A stretch of DNA of 64,000 nt from Aureliella sp. Its GTDB lineage: Bacteria; Planctomycetota; Planctomycetia; Pirellulales; Pirellulaceae. A model generated the notes under the pieces. The model was not told where the DNA came from and searched no databases. It was given only the letters and a program-made list of their open reading frames with translations. Positions 20,453-32,366 of this stretch are shown here, one piece after another. Where the stretch lies: the NCBI GenBank assembly GCA_963691875.1, contig OY829846.1, positions 416,001-480,000 on the forward strand, given 5' to 3'. Positions within the stretch are counted from its first letter, which is position 1. Each line of letters starts with the position of its first letter. Position numbers and translations under genes: made by a program.

Positions 20453-23400
20453 ATGTCCGTTTGTTCAAAAGTTAAAGAAGCGGATATTTTCCGCAAAGCT
20501 GTAGTGATTCTTGCCCCGAATGAAAGAGCCAGCTATCTCCGGCAGGCTTGTTATGGCGATGATAAGTTAAAGCGGCGGATTGAGAAACTGCTAGCCGCCG
20601 ATGCTGAGGAAACAGGTTTTCTGGAACTCGATGACACGAATCTGGGTGAAAGAAACAATGCAAAGTTCGCACAGCTGCCCAATCAGGCCTTTGGCTCTTA
20701 TCGCATTTTAAAATTCGTCGAGTCAGGAGGCACCTCGGACGTTTATCTTGGTGAGCAAACTCAGCCCTACCACCAACTCGCGGCGATCAAGATATTGCGC
20801 GCTAACCATCTCCAAACGAAGGTGGCAATTCGGTTTCAGAGAGAGTGTGAATTCCTCGGGGAGATGAGTTACCCGTCTATACCAAAACTATTCAATGCTG
20901 GGATCTCGGAATCTGGTCTTCCCTTCATGGCGATGGAGTAGGTGGATGGCAATCCAATCACTCAGTTTTGCAGGGAGCGTGAGTTGTCTGTCAGAGATCG
21001 GATCTCGCTATTTATCAAGGTCTGTCAGGGTATTCAGTATGCTCATGCTAAGTCGGTAATTCACCGTGATCTTAAGCCGGGAAATATTCTGGTGAGCGAA
21101 TATGGCGAGGTAGCAGAACCCAGGATCATTGATTTTGGTATCGCGAAATCGGCAGACAAAAAACTAGATCTCAGTGGAGATGAGACGCAAAGTCATGAAC
21201 TAGTTGGGACTGTTTCGTACATGAGTCCCGAGCACCTCAACCATCATACTGAAGTCGATACTCGAAGCGATATTTTTTCTTTGGGCGTTTTGCTCTACGA
21301 GTTGCTTACCGACGAACATCCGTTTTCGCAGCAAATTCGGACTGCCGAAAATCTTCAGAACGCGCTTCAGGTGATAGCAGAACACATTCCGCCCTGCCCC
21401 AGTCAACTCATCGCGACAATGGTAAAAGGACTACCTCGGGCTTCATCGAATCAAGCCGTATGTCGTGCGCTTCGGCGAGATGTCGACAAAGTCGTTCTCA
21501 AAATGCTTGAGAAGTCACCAGACGATCGCTACGGAACGATTTCTCAAGTGTCAGAAGACCTGCAGTGCTACCTTGATTGTCGTCCACTCGCGAATTGCTC
21601 TATGCCGCTTTACGCAGGTGCACTCCGGTGTTATAAGCGGAATTCAGTGCTTGTGAAAGCCTGTTGTTCGTTTTTGTTATTGGCATCTGCTTTAATTGGG
21701 ATTGCTGTTTGGGCCTGGCATGCTCGTGTGGAGGAACACCGCTTTAGCGAACGCCTGATTCTCATGAACGGTCAGTTGTCGGAGGCTCAACGAGTACAGG
21801 AAGAGTTAGAGCACTTGAGAACTTCCTTGCTGCCGCGAGTCATGGCATTAGCTGAAAAGGGAGAATTTTTGGAAGCATTCCTGCAGATCAAAGGGGCATC
21901 AGATAACGTCGATTTACGGCAAGATTTGCTCTTTCGAAAAGTATGGCAAGATGTCTCTGCAACTGTAAGTTGTCCGCAGTTACCGAACGGCACAACACTC
22001 TATGTTGCCCGTTCTGAGGCAGACGCTAACACATGGGTAGAACTTGGCATAACACCGTTTCACTTTAATGTGCCGAAAGGATATGTGCGAATCCGACTTG
22101 AACACCCCAACTATATTGCCCGCGAGATGGGACTCAATCTGTCAAAGGATTTTGAATGTATTCAAAAGGGGTTGCTTGAACTACGAGAGCATCATTGGCC
22201 AGGTATGTTGTTCATACCTGCCGCCAGCGACTCGATGACCGAGGTCTTTTCGGGGGATCTTATTTCTCATGACTTCTGGGTTGATCAATGCGAAGTTACG
22301 AATGAGGAGTTCCTAGAATTCATTGTTGCCGGTGGATATGAAAACGGTGAGTATTGGCAGCATCTTGAGCTGGTCCGCGACGGTGAAGCGATAGCCTGGA
22401 CTGAAGCGGTTTCGATGTTCAAGGATCGGACCGGAAATTTTGGACCTGCAAACTGGACCGATGGAAGATTTCCAGAGGGGGAAGCTAATTTCCCAGTGGA
22501 TGGCGTGAGTTGGTTCGAAGCGGCAGCCTACGCAAAATATCGCGGCAAGGTACTTCCTTCGGTCCAACATTGGCGATTCTTTTCGGTTTCTACAGATCCA
22601 CAAACGGTCTTGAGGTTCTGCAATTTCAGTGGTCGGATATCCAAAGTGGGGACACGCTCAGGAACGGGGTACCATGGCGCAAAGGATGTTTACGGAAATG
22701 TAAGTGAATGGTGCAGTAACTCGAACGAAAATGGGCTACGCGTGCTAAACGGCGCTGCTGCGAATGATCCTGATTACCTGTTCTGGTGTCCTAAATTCGC
22801 GAACCCGTAGGAGAGAAAATCGGGAAACGGCTTCCGTTGCATTCAGGTAGAGGATCTTGGTGAATACAAGAAGCTCAGTCGACAGCCGATTGAGAAACGA
22901 AGACCCGCCGATCTCGACCGCCATCGTGAACCGCTTCCGGATCTCAGGCAATGGTATCACTACCGAGCTGACCAGCCTCTGCACCCTGCGTTGATCAAAA
23001 GTGAAGAGGTTAAAGACAGTCACCGTGACTACCATCATGAAACCATTGAATTGGACACCGTCTACGACGAGAGCCGATTCAATCTTCATATTTTTACGCC
23101 ACACCAACAACGTTCGAACATCACCGTTATTTATTTGCCTGGCATCGGTCGATACAACAAGCCGATGAATTTTTCGCTTACGAATCGCTCCGACATCGAC
23201 GTAAAATTTGTCGATGAGCTCACTCAGAAAGGCCATAGAGTGGCTTATCCGATCTATCAGGGCTGCTACGAAAGATGGGTGAAGAGGCCGTCAAAACATT
23301 TTCAGATTGACGCCGCATCCGCGCAGGCATGCTGGATTCAATGCGTTCAAGACGCAATGTGTACTCTGGACTACCTGGAAAGTCGAGAAGATATAAATTC

Positions 23401-23748
23401 CGACGAAATGGTCGGCCTCGGTTTTAGCAATGGAGCCGATAAGCTGATCACTGCGTTGGCCATGGATTCCCGCTTCGATCGAGCCACTCTGCTCTCGGTA
23501 GGCTATCACAACTGACACAAGGACCGACCGATCATCGATTCCTTCCAGTATACGCCGCACATCCACCTGCCCGTTCTGTTGGTCACCGGCATCCACGACA
23601 ATCTCTACACCTATGAGAATTCTCAAATCCCATTGTTTAAGGACCTGGGGAGTCAAGACAAACTTCATGTTTTGATGGAGGGGGCCACGTTCCCGAGATC
23701 AACGAAGTGGTAACCCATGTGGATCGCTGGCTTCGTCGCGGCCGTTGA
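20453..23748 (+). pseudogene. Ser/Thr kinase - FGE-sulfatase - alpha/beta-hydrolase fusion, inactivated
   Basis: HRDLKPGN, DFG, EVTN, GNVSEW, GFRC, GFSNG in one frame, broken by TAG 20939-41, TAG 22808-10, TGA 23513-15 and a frameshift in the G-run at ~23680 (restoring one G gives GGHVP..DRWL*). Confidence 0.9.
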
Positions 23749-23910
23749 AATCAGGCTGGTGATTCTTCTTGGTGAAAATCCGCACGTTTGCCAATTAAAA
23801 GCAAGGAAATGACTCGCAAAATACGCATTGAATCCAAGCCGGACGGTGTCACTTTGATCCCGTCAAGCTGAGTAGATTCGCTCGAATCCCCCCTAGTTGG
23901 AGTTTCGTCC

Positions 23911-24930
23911 ATGTTTTGCGTTAGATCGTCGTTTAAGTCTTTTGTTGTTCTCTTGTTCTGCATGCCGCTCGTTTTGGCGAGCGGTCAAGATTCTAAAACT
24001 GGAGATCAGGACCTCTCAGCTGTTTGGGACCAGTTCACCGGAGAATGGGTGCGTTACTCGGGCGACTGGATTCTGACCAAGAATATTACACGGGGCCAGG
24101 AGGTTTTTACTCGGCAGAACCAATATGGAACGCCTGACTTTGAGTATGTAAATCCGATGAAGATCGAAAACTCAAATGGCATTTATCTATTCACCAAATT
24201 GGACCCTGATACTCAGAAGCCCGTTTATAGAGGTGGTTTCAAGTTGCGGAACGGGTTGTTTTATGAAATGAGCGCGGGGATCTTGGCCGACCATGCGGGC
24301 AAGCCTCAAATCTGGGAATTTCGTCGTAGCGATGACCCCGTATTTCAGCTTCATCAAGCGTGCCGAGACGGTAACTTTGACAAGATCAAAGCCATACTTG
24401 ACGGTGGTTTGGACGCCGATAGCATGATGTGGAATTCGTACACACCTCTCGCGTATGCGGCTGCCGGTGGCCACATCGATGCGGTGAATCTTCTGCTCGA
24501 CAGCGGCGCTGAAATCAATCAACAAGGGAGATTCGGAAAAACGGCATTGAATCATGCGATTGGAGGAGGAAACCAGGACGTTTGTGCATTGCTGATCCAA
24601 TGCGGTGCTCAATTGGATATCCCGAATCAAAACGGCGCTAACCTGTTTCATGAAGCGGCCTTCTGGGGCCAACCGGCCATGATCCCGTTCCTGATCGAAA
24701 AGAAGATTGACCTTCATCATGCCAGCAAGGCAGGTGACTCTCCTCTGATGTATGCGATCAATAGAGCAAGCAGGACTGAAGATACTGAAAAACAGGCCAC
24801 CTTTTTGCGATGTGCTCAAGCGTTTGTCGAAGCGGGAGCCGATCCAGATCAGAAGAATAACAAGGGTGATAGCCCTCGGAGCAACGCAGAGGCCTCCAAA
24901 TTTGCGCCGGTAAAAGATTTTTTTAAATAG
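23911..24930 (+). CDS. Secreted ankyrin-repeat protein
   Basis: Signal peptide; TPLAYAAAGGH, TALNHA, SPLMYA, GADPD ankyrin repeats in the C-terminal half. Confidence 0.9.
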   Translation: MFCVRSSFKSFVVLLFCMPLVLASGQDSKTGDQDLSAVWDQFTGEWVRYSGDWILTKNITRGQEVFTRQNQYGTPDFEYVNPMKIENSNGIYLFTKLDPDTQKPVYRGGFKLRNGLFYEMSAGILADHAGKPQIWEFRRSDDPVFQLHQACRDGNFDKIKAILDGGLDADSMMWNSYTPLAYAAAGGHIDAVNLLLDSGAEINQQGRFGKTALNHAIGGGNQDVCALLIQCGAQLDIPNQNGANLFHEAAFWGQPAMIPFLIEKKIDLHHASKAGDSPLMYAINRASRTEDTEKQATFLRCAQAFVEAGADPDQKNNKGDSPRSNAEASKFAPVKDFFK

Positions 24931-25574
24931 TCGATGGCATTGCTTCCGTGACCAGCCGCTTGATCCGTGTGCCGGGGTGGAAACATGCGTTCCAGTTTTT
25001 CGACAAGCGGCCGCAAGATTTGGACGAGATCTATATTGGTTGGTTTGATAAGCATCTGCGTGGCGTTAGAAAAAATTAGTTACCGTTTTAGGTAACTGCC
25101 TTGATGGCAGGTCTCGCATAGAGCCAGGCAATTTCAAGAATCAATGAACTACCAAACTCTGAAAAATGGAAGATCGACGTCACGCGAGCCCGTATGCAAG
25201 TTGCCCACGAGACCTAAGCGACGATCGATCTTCGAAGACAAGCCAAACAGATGGGTTACAAGTGACTCTCAGGCGCTAATCGTGAAAATTACTACAGACG
25301 GGCGATGCTTCGGCAATGTCTCTTGGTGCTAGTGGAGTATCGCTCGTGAAGCAACTGACGAATATGCGGCCCCGCTCATCGAGCAATTACGAGATGTTGT
25401 TGACACTGAAGAAATTTAAATGGGGCAAAGCCATACAAAAAGATGAATGCGAAGCATTACCCGCTATTAACCCATTGGTAAAAGACCACTCTGCATTGTC
25501 ATGCAGAGTGGCATCGTAGAAATTGATGACACTTCACTCCTAATCATTGCACTCTTTAAATAAAGGAAGTCAAC

Positions 25575-26120
25575 ATGCGTCTATCCCAAAAGACCTATCG
25601 AGCGTTTTTTCTCACATCCATGCTGGTTTTTGGACAGCAACTTTTAGCACAAGACACCACGATGAGTCGCGAGCAAGCGAATGCTTTCTTCGAGATACAT
25701 CAGGGGCGATGGTGCGGTACGGTTCAATCCACCATTGGAGAAGCAGAGGTCAGCAAAGTCGACGCGGAGGCTCTGAATTACATCGATTTCGATTACGTCA
25801 AAGATAACGGCTTGTTAGTACTCAGGACTTATGGCCCACGCGGTGGCGGCCGTGGTACTTACCATTACGACTCGATCAAGAAACTCATCCGCGCTATCAA
25901 TCATGGTGTGGGTGGTGTCGTAACGCACCACGAAATTGTTCGAACAGGTAAGGATTGGGCACGAACCTCCACGCAGGTCCTTCCCGATGGTGCTACGAGG
26001 GAATTCAAGTCGACGATTAAGATTTTCGACAACAATCAGGCAATTAAGGTGGAAATCCATCAGCTGAAAGATGGAAAAGTCATTTCAACCCAGACGAATG
26101 TTTGGCGTCGAATTAAATAG
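25575..26120 (+). CDS. Secreted hypothetical protein (beta-rich)
   Basis: AAGGAAG RBS, signal peptide, 181-aa ORF. Confidence 0.7.
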   Translation: MRLSQKTYRAFFLTSMLVFGQQLLAQDTTMSREQANAFFEIHQGRWCGTVQSTIGEAEVSKVDAEALNYIDFDYVKDNGLLVLRTYGPRGGGRGTYHYDSIKKLIRAINHGVGGVVTHHEIVRTGKDWARTSTQVLPDGATREFKSTIKIFDNNQAIKVEIHQLKDGKVISTQTNVWRRIK

Positions 26121-26921
26121 AGCTTTAGTTCCGCGAGTCAACGCCCGCAGCGGCATTTGCGATTAGCGAACGAGCTGATCGTGAATGACGCTCGGAAAAT
26201 CGGATGCCCCGAGATAAACCTGAGGCTGCGATAGGCAAGATTGACTAGACGTCAGCTTGGATTGCCCGGTCACCGGGTAGGGACCATTTGTGATTGTTCG
26301 TGATACTTTTTCGTTTTGAATTGCTCGCTACTAAACCAACGGTAAATTGCTGTTGCTCTTTCGGTCGCAACCTAGGGAGTTGGGGCCTCCGGGTAGGCAA
26401 GGTAGCGGCCTGGTTTTGAATCTGGTCAGCTCCAGCGTGACAATCCTCTCCGGTGTCCACATGATCATCCGAACTCATCGATCCCGTTTAGCAAAAGGAA
26501 AAAAGCCAAACGGGCAGGCATAACCTACTAGGGATGACCGACAGCCAAGTCTCTTTGCGACTGTCCACAAGGCGCGGTCTCAAATACACCTCTTCCGGAT
26601 GAGGCAGACAAGGCATCACTCAAGCGTCAGATCAGAAGGCTCATGGGGATGCTGCTAGAGCCCGCCAGAAAAAGCGAGCGTGCACGGCTTACAGGCATCC
26701 GAATAATTTTGCTTTTTCTTTGCCGAATGATGTTTTTAGTCAGGTCAACGTGGCCTTGATTTCGCACTATCACGTAACCCCACTCACACAACCCCATATG
26801 AATTCGTCTTTGTCGCCTCGGCTCAACAGACTCGACTCGAAAAGTTCTTCTGCTACCGGTCGTAAAAGTTGAAGCTCAGGCTTTTCTTCCTAGTAATCGC
26901 AGATAGTGCGGAGTAAACAAA

Positions 26922-27758
26922 ATGTTTCGAACAATTACACACCTGAGAAGTTGGCAGCTTTGCGGCATCTTGGTGGCAACGACCTTTCCGATCGGAATGA
27001 GCACTACAGCCCAGTCAGTTGAAGGGCAAGCCACGCAAACATCCGCAGATGAAGCCCCCCTATTCGTCTGTAGGTTCATTGAAGTGTCATCAGAAAATGT
27101 AGCTGAATGGAAGCAGAAAGTAGCCGAGAAGAATGCGAAATTCGGTACGGCTGATGACCCATCCCGCTGGGGAACCTGGCGAATTATCACTGGCGAAAGA
27201 ACAAATCAATACGCGCGGGGGTTTTCGACGACTGCAGAGCTCTACTCGAATCCGAAACATGCCATCCAAGGTATGGCAGCAACCCGCGATCTTCCAGAAG
27301 CTGCTTACTGGCAAAAGCACGTCGCGCCACTGCAAGAGTCTACCGGAAATCAACAGATTTGGAAAATAATCCCAGGCCTGCAAGCGAAGCACCTAGATGC
27401 ATCTCAAACGCCAAAGTTTATGAAGCATCGTCGTTGGCGAATGAAGCCCGGCATGTATCAGCGTTTAGAGGCCAACTACAGTAAGCTGATCGAGGTGTAC
27501 AAGCAAATGGACCTCTCGTTCGACTTCCTCGTCGCGAGACTCTTTGATGGGGGAGACTTCATGATCTATGCGGAGACTTATGCTTTTGACAAGCTGAGCG
27601 AGTTACCGCAGATGGAACTGGTCAGCAAAGAGTTTAATCGGATCCATGGGGATGGTGCTTGGGATAAGTTCCTCGAGGAGCACAACCACGTAATGCAAGA
27701 GAATGCCATCGTCGAATCCGAAACATGGGCATATCAAGAAGAGCTAAGCAATCTTTAA
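26922..27758 (+). CDS. Secreted hypothetical protein, possibly two NIPSNAP-like half domains
   Basis: GGAG RBS, signal peptide, 278 aa; WRMKPGMYQRLEA resembles a dimeric alpha-beta barrel. Confidence 0.7.
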   Translation: MFRTITHLRSWQLCGILVATTFPIGMSTTAQSVEGQATQTSADEAPLFVCRFIEVSSENVAEWKQKVAEKNAKFGTADDPSRWGTWRIITGERTNQYARGFSTTAELYSNPKHAIQGMAATRDLPEAAYWQKHVAPLQESTGNQQIWKIIPGLQAKHLDASQTPKFMKHRRWRMKPGMYQRLEANYSKLIEVYKQMDLSFDFLVARLFDGGDFMIYAETYAFDKLSELPQMELVSKEFNRIHGDGAWDKFLEEHNHVMQENAIVESETWAYQEELSNL

Positions 27759-27866
27759 AGATTGAGGCAGCATGTGTCATGGTACTGCTCATTGAAGCGG
27801 AACTAGATGTCGCAATCCATCTTTTGAGCAGCTTGATCTGATCTGCGGTGACAACGCTAACCGCGG

Positions 27867-27890
27867 GACCGGCGGCCTTACCCGCCGGTC
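27867..27890. repeat. GC-rich palindrome (REP-like hairpin)
   Basis: GACCGGCGG-ccttac-CCGCCGGTC, perfect 9-bp stem. Confidence 0.55.
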
Positions 27891-28080
27891 AACCGGTGAA
27901 CAAGATCGCCTGGTGAATTTCGGCAGGTTCTCCGATGAAAGCAGTGTTTTATGCAGTCCCATGAGTTTTAGCCGTTGGGTCGTTCAATGCTGCGTACTGA
28001 TGAAAGTCGATAAGTGTTCACCGTAACCCTGGGCTGATGATTTGCGTCGGATTGACGATTAAGAGCAAACCGTTCGTCGG

Positions 28081-28112
28081 CTACCCTCTGCCTTGCGAGA
28101 AGCGGAGGGTAG
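28081..28112. repeat. REP-like hairpin
   Basis: CTACCCTCTGC-cttgcgagaa-GCGGAGGGTAG, 11-bp stem with one G-T. Confidence 0.5.
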
Positions 28113-28197
28113 CTGAGCAGGGGCGATCGACACACGCACGGACGCTGTGATTTTACAAATCGTCTTGTTTGATGAGCAACCCATTACTTCACACTCC

Positions 28198-28388
28198 TGT
28201 CACAAGCGGCCACTCGAAGATCGAATTTGACGCTCGAACCAGAAAACTTTTCATCGATTGAACGTTGGAGAGTATCACGTCCGCCGCATTCTTAAACGGA
28301 CGATTATCGGAACCGGCAAGCCGCTGCTATCTCAGCACTTGCAAAAGTGAAATCTGCTTGCGAATTCTCGTGTAAGGCCCTGCACAGG
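28198..28388 (+). repeat. Dispersed structured repeat, copy 3 (5'-truncated)
   Basis: gacgctcgaaccagaaaacttttca, ccgccgca, gcaagccgctgctatctcagcacttgc; ends in ccctgcacagg. Confidence 0.9.
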
Positions 28389-28742
28389 TAGCACCTGAGT
28401 TCACTGATCCGAGCGTTTAACGCTGTGGAAAAAGCTGGGCATCAGGTTGGCTCCGACTCGCAGGTCGGTGCTGACTTCGGCTCAGTTTCAAGCGCGTTGA
28501 TATCACTATCCGAATCTCGTTGGCATCACTATGCGGGGAGCCAAAGAGAGTCGAAAATAGCTAGTGCTTTGCTGACATGGATTTGCGAGAATAATCTTGC
28601 TAGATTGAAGGCGAACAGAATGTTCTAAAGAGCGGATACTCGTGTCACTAAGATCCGACGTCAATCTGCATGGGCTGACGAGTCAAATGCTACATGACTC
28701 CAAAGATTGAGCCGTCGCCGACGGGAAGATGCTAGCTGAGTC

Positions 28743-29507
28743 ATGAGAACAACATCCAATGGCGAACATTTAAAAGCCTTTAAGACGGATGGCTTTGTGG
28801 CTATGCCGCAGTTTTTAGGCGGCGAAGAGCTAACAGAATTGCTCACGCACGTTGAACGTTTCATCAGTCGTATCGTTCCGAAGTTGCCGCCAGAGCACGT
28901 CTTTTACGAAGACAAAGACAAACCAGCGACGCTGAAGCAGATTCAGCACATGGGCGACCACGATCCGTGGTTTCACAAATTGTTTATTGGCAGCCGGTTC
29001 CGAGAGGTCGCCGAGTTGCTGCTGGACGGTCCAGTCGTACCGAAGAACATGCAGTATTTCAATAAGCCGCCGGACGTTGGGCATTCGACTCCGCCGCATC
29101 AGGACGGTTACTACTTCATGCTCGATCCGTGTGAAGCCGTCACGATGTGGTTCGCACTTGACGACGTAGATGAAAAGAACGGTTGCGTTCGTTACGTGCG
29201 CGGCTCACACCACCGCGGCATGCGTGCCCATGTGCGCACGAAAACACTCGGTTTCAGTCAAGGCATCTTCGGCTATCCGACCGATCAGGATCGTGAAGCT
29301 GAAATAGCGTTGCCGGCACAACCCGGCGACCTACTGGTTCACGATGCCATGACCATCCATCGGGCGGACGCAAACCGCTCCACCAACCGGACCCGCAGAG
29401 CGCTCGGATTTATCTACTACAGCGAGCGGGCTCGCGAAGACGAGGAAGCTCATGCCGCGTATCAACGACGACTCGCTGAAGACATGAAAACACAAGGAAA
29501 GATTTGA
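28743..29507 (+). CDS. Phytanoyl-CoA dioxygenase (PhyH) family protein
   Basis: FNKPP, TPPHQDGYY, WFALDD..NGC..VRGSH, PGDLLVH..IHRADAN. Confidence 0.93.
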   Translation: MRTTSNGEHLKAFKTDGFVAMPQFLGGEELTELLTHVERFISRIVPKLPPEHVFYEDKDKPATLKQIQHMGDHDPWFHKLFIGSRFREVAELLLDGPVVPKNMQYFNKPPDVGHSTPPHQDGYYFMLDPCEAVTMWFALDDVDEKNGCVRYVRGSHHRGMRAHVRTKTLGFSQGIFGYPTDQDREAEIALPAQPGDLLVHDAMTIHRADANRSTNRTRRALGFIYYSERAREDEEAHAAYQRRLAEDMKTQGKI

Positions 29508-29547
29508 GACTCAATGGCCAATAACCATTGCATTAGGAAAACGCTTT

Positions 29548-32022
29548 ATGACCAAACGATGCTTGCACGTTTTTACACTCACACTTTTTTGTCTCTCGAT
29601 TACGACGTCACTTGCCACCGCTGACTCAGCGGTCGAAGGCGAACTTGCTCCTTTCCTCGGTGAGCCTGAATTGAATATCCAGCCGGTCTTTCAAGGCGGC
29701 CGGTTTCCTAATGTCGTCGTCACGATGAAAGGGACCGTTCTGGCAACTTGGGGTCGACCACATATTCGCGTTAGGAGAAGCGAAGACGGCGGCAAGACAT
29801 GGGGCGATGAAATCACCGTCGCCAAATCGGGCATTCATGGAGGTGGCACGACCGTTGATGAAACGACCGGCGACATTCTGGCGTTCGTCGAGGAAGAGCA
29901 TCCACCAGCACCTCTAACTGTCTACCGCAGCAAGGACGACGGAAAAACGTGGCAGGCGGAGCCGGTAGCGATTCGTCCGGACAGCGAAGGTCGCATGCCA
30001 TCGATGCACATGAACGAGCATGGAATCACCTTACGGCATGGTGAACACAAAGGGCGCCTCATTCGTCCTTCGCGGTTTTACGGCAAGGGGAATCGCCCCG
30101 AAACCATCTGGCCGACTCATTTCACCAATGCGATGTATAGCGACGACGGTGGCAAGACGTGGCAGACCAGTGAACCGTTCCCCGAAAATGGCACGGGCGA
30201 AGCAACCATCGCAGAATTGTCCGACGGTCGCATTTATTACAACTCACGGCGGCATTGGGCTCCCAAAGGCAAGAGCCCGCTGCATCGCTGGACCGCGTGG
30301 AGTGAGAATGGCGGAGCGACATGGAAAAACGGAGCCATCTGCGAAGTGCTGCCGGACGGTCCGCAAGACACGAATTACGGTTGCATGGGTGGTCTGGTTC
30401 GGCTACCGATCAAGGGCAAAGATATCCTGATCTACAGTAACTGTGACAGTCCCAAGGGAAGGAGTCACGGAACGGTCTGGGCGAGCTTTGACGGCGGCAA
30501 AACGTGGCCCTTAAAGCGACTGGTTCACGAAGGCGGTTTCGCCTACTCATCGCTTACCGCTGGCCGCCCCGGCACGCCGAGCGAAGGAAACATCTATCTG
30601 CACTTTGAGAGCGACGGCTCAAAGGTAGCGCGGTTCAACCTCAGTTGGCTGCTGGCTGGTAAGAAGACAGGCGATGGTGTTGTTCCGAAGTTAGCGGATG
30701 CCGGCGATTCCACACGTGATCGATTTCTCTTGCTGGACGACCGTATCGTCGCAAAATTGGAAAACGCGCGACTCGCGGTCGGAACCGTTCGGAAGCACGA
30801 AAGCAATCCTCTCTTTCGAGAAGACAAACCATGGGAGAAACGTTTTGATAATCTCTACGGCAATGTGATTTTCGACGCGGAAGAAATGATTTACAAATGC
30901 TGGTACAGCCCGTTCATCGTTGACCGTTCCGCAAAGGGAATGACGCTGGAACAACGCCAGAAAAAGTACAGCCCCGGACGCGGCCGTGAAATGGGAATCT
31001 GCTACGCAACATCCAAAGATGGCATCAATTGGGACAAACCTGATCTTGGGCTGGTCGATTACGAAGGCAGCACAAAGAACAACATCGTGTGGCGTGGTCC
31101 ACATGGTGCTGGGATCTGGAAGGACGATAGGGATGCTGATCCGGCTCGGCGGTACAAGATGATCTTTCAAGGGATCGCGACCAGTCACTCTCCCGATGGT
31201 CTCCACTGGAGTCAACCCAAAAAAGTCACGGGAATCGGCAAGATCGCGGGTGACACGCATAACAATGCGTTCTGGGATCCGCACTCAAGGAAATATTTGG
31301 GTTTCACCAGGACTTGGGGAGACTTGGGCCGGGAGGTTACCCGCATCGAGAGTAGCGATTTTGAAAGCTGGCGGAGCAACGGTGTTGTCATGACAGGTCT
31401 GGAAAAGGGGCTGCAGACATATGCGATGCCCGTCTTCATGCACGGTGGGGTCTACTTGGGACTGGTTGCGATCCATGCCCAGCGCCCGGTCGATCGGGTT
31501 TGGACAGAACTGGCATGGAGCCCGGACTCAAAAAACTGGCGTCGTATCGCGCCAGGCAAAGCACTGATCCCCTGCTCTGAAAATGTGTTGGAATACGACT
31601 ACGGGTGTGTTTATGCCTGTGCCTATCCCGTCTTTCTGGATAACGAAATTCGTCTTTACTACGGGGGTAGCGACTATCTTCATTACGGCTGGCGAAATGG
31701 GGCCTTATGCCTTGCTACTCTACGACCGGATGGATTCGCAGGTTATGAGCAGGAATCAAAAGACAAACCCGCAGTCATCATGACAACTGCCATCTCTTAC
31801 GCTCAACAGGAAATCCGGATCACGGCGGATTTGGAAAAAGGCGGATCGATCATTGTGAGTCTTATCGATGGTAATGGACAGGAAATCGGGAAGGCTGGCC
31901 TTGTTTCGAAGACGGTGACGGACCGACGCTTGAAATGGAGCCAAAAGATTAGCGGCGACAGTATCCGGCTCAAATTCGAGTTGAACAAAGCGAAGCTCTA
32001 TTCGTTCAGTCTTGCTCCTTAG
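29548..32022 (+). CDS. Sialidase (GH33-like) fused to a GH32/GH43-like beta-propeller domain
   Basis: Signal peptide; RFPNVVV and several SxDGGKTW Asp-boxes; second half has NPLF..KPWE, YATSKDGINWDKP, HSPDGLHW, IRLYYGG, LRPDGF. Confidence 0.85.
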   Translation: MTKRCLHVFTLTLFCLSITTSLATADSAVEGELAPFLGEPELNIQPVFQGGRFPNVVVTMKGTVLATWGRPHIRVRRSEDGGKTWGDEITVAKSGIHGGGTTVDETTGDILAFVEEEHPPAPLTVYRSKDDGKTWQAEPVAIRPDSEGRMPSMHMNEHGITLRHGEHKGRLIRPSRFYGKGNRPETIWPTHFTNAMYSDDGGKTWQTSEPFPENGTGEATIAELSDGRIYYNSRRHWAPKGKSPLHRWTAWSENGGATWKNGAICEVLPDGPQDTNYGCMGGLVRLPIKGKDILIYSNCDSPKGRSHGTVWASFDGGKTWPLKRLVHEGGFAYSSLTAGRPGTPSEGNIYLHFESDGSKVARFNLSWLLAGKKTGDGVVPKLADAGDSTRDRFLLLDDRIVAKLENARLAVGTVRKHESNPLFREDKPWEKRFDNLYGNVIFDAEEMIYKCWYSPFIVDRSAKGMTLEQRQKKYSPGRGREMGICYATSKDGINWDKPDLGLVDYEGSTKNNIVWRGPHGAGIWKDDRDADPARRYKMIFQGIATSHSPDGLHWSQPKKVTGIGKIAGDTHNNAFWDPHSRKYLGFTRTWGDLGREVTRIESSDFESWRSNGVVMTGLEKGLQTYAMPVFMHGGVYLGLVAIHAQRPVDRVWTELAWSPDSKNWRRIAPGKALIPCSENVLEYDYGCVYACAYPVFLDNEIRLYYGGSDYLHYGWRNGALCLATLRPDGFAGYEQESKDKPAVIMTTAISYAQQEIRITADLEKGGSIIVSLIDGNGQEIGKAGLVSKTVTDRRLKWSQKISGDSIRLKFELNKAKLYSFSLAP

Positions 32023-32366
32023 CATCCAATTTGACGAACAAGCTGCTCAACACGACGCGCAATGAATCTATAAAAGATGAAAGAGTACAAGGACATGTAC
32101 GGTACTTGGAATGCACCGTGTTTCTTCAACTAGCAACGGCGTCGACTATTTTCCGTGTCAATCGATGCTTTCGCTGATAAATCCACTTGCTCTAAGCCCG
32201 ACTCAAAACGGCCCCGAGCGGCAGGCAACCGGATCTCTGGATCGTCTCGCGAAAGATCCGCGTTTGTAATTTGGACTCAACTCTCTGACCGCCTCAATGG
32301 TGGCAGAGTTCGCTCGAGAGCCCATTATTAGAAATACAACAGAAACAACTAAATAATTGCACTTGG

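Noticed and set aside
20939..23515. Stop-codon reassignment or readthrough in the kinase gene
   Set aside because: Stops are mixed (TAG, TAG, TGA), appear to replace different residues (Tyr in MEY; probably Trp elsewhere), coexist with a frameshift, and TAG/TGA end normal genes in this window
28743..29507. PhyH gene as mysH of the MAA pathway
   Set aside because: It lies ~20 kb from the operon in a different module, and PhyH genes are common in planctomycetes
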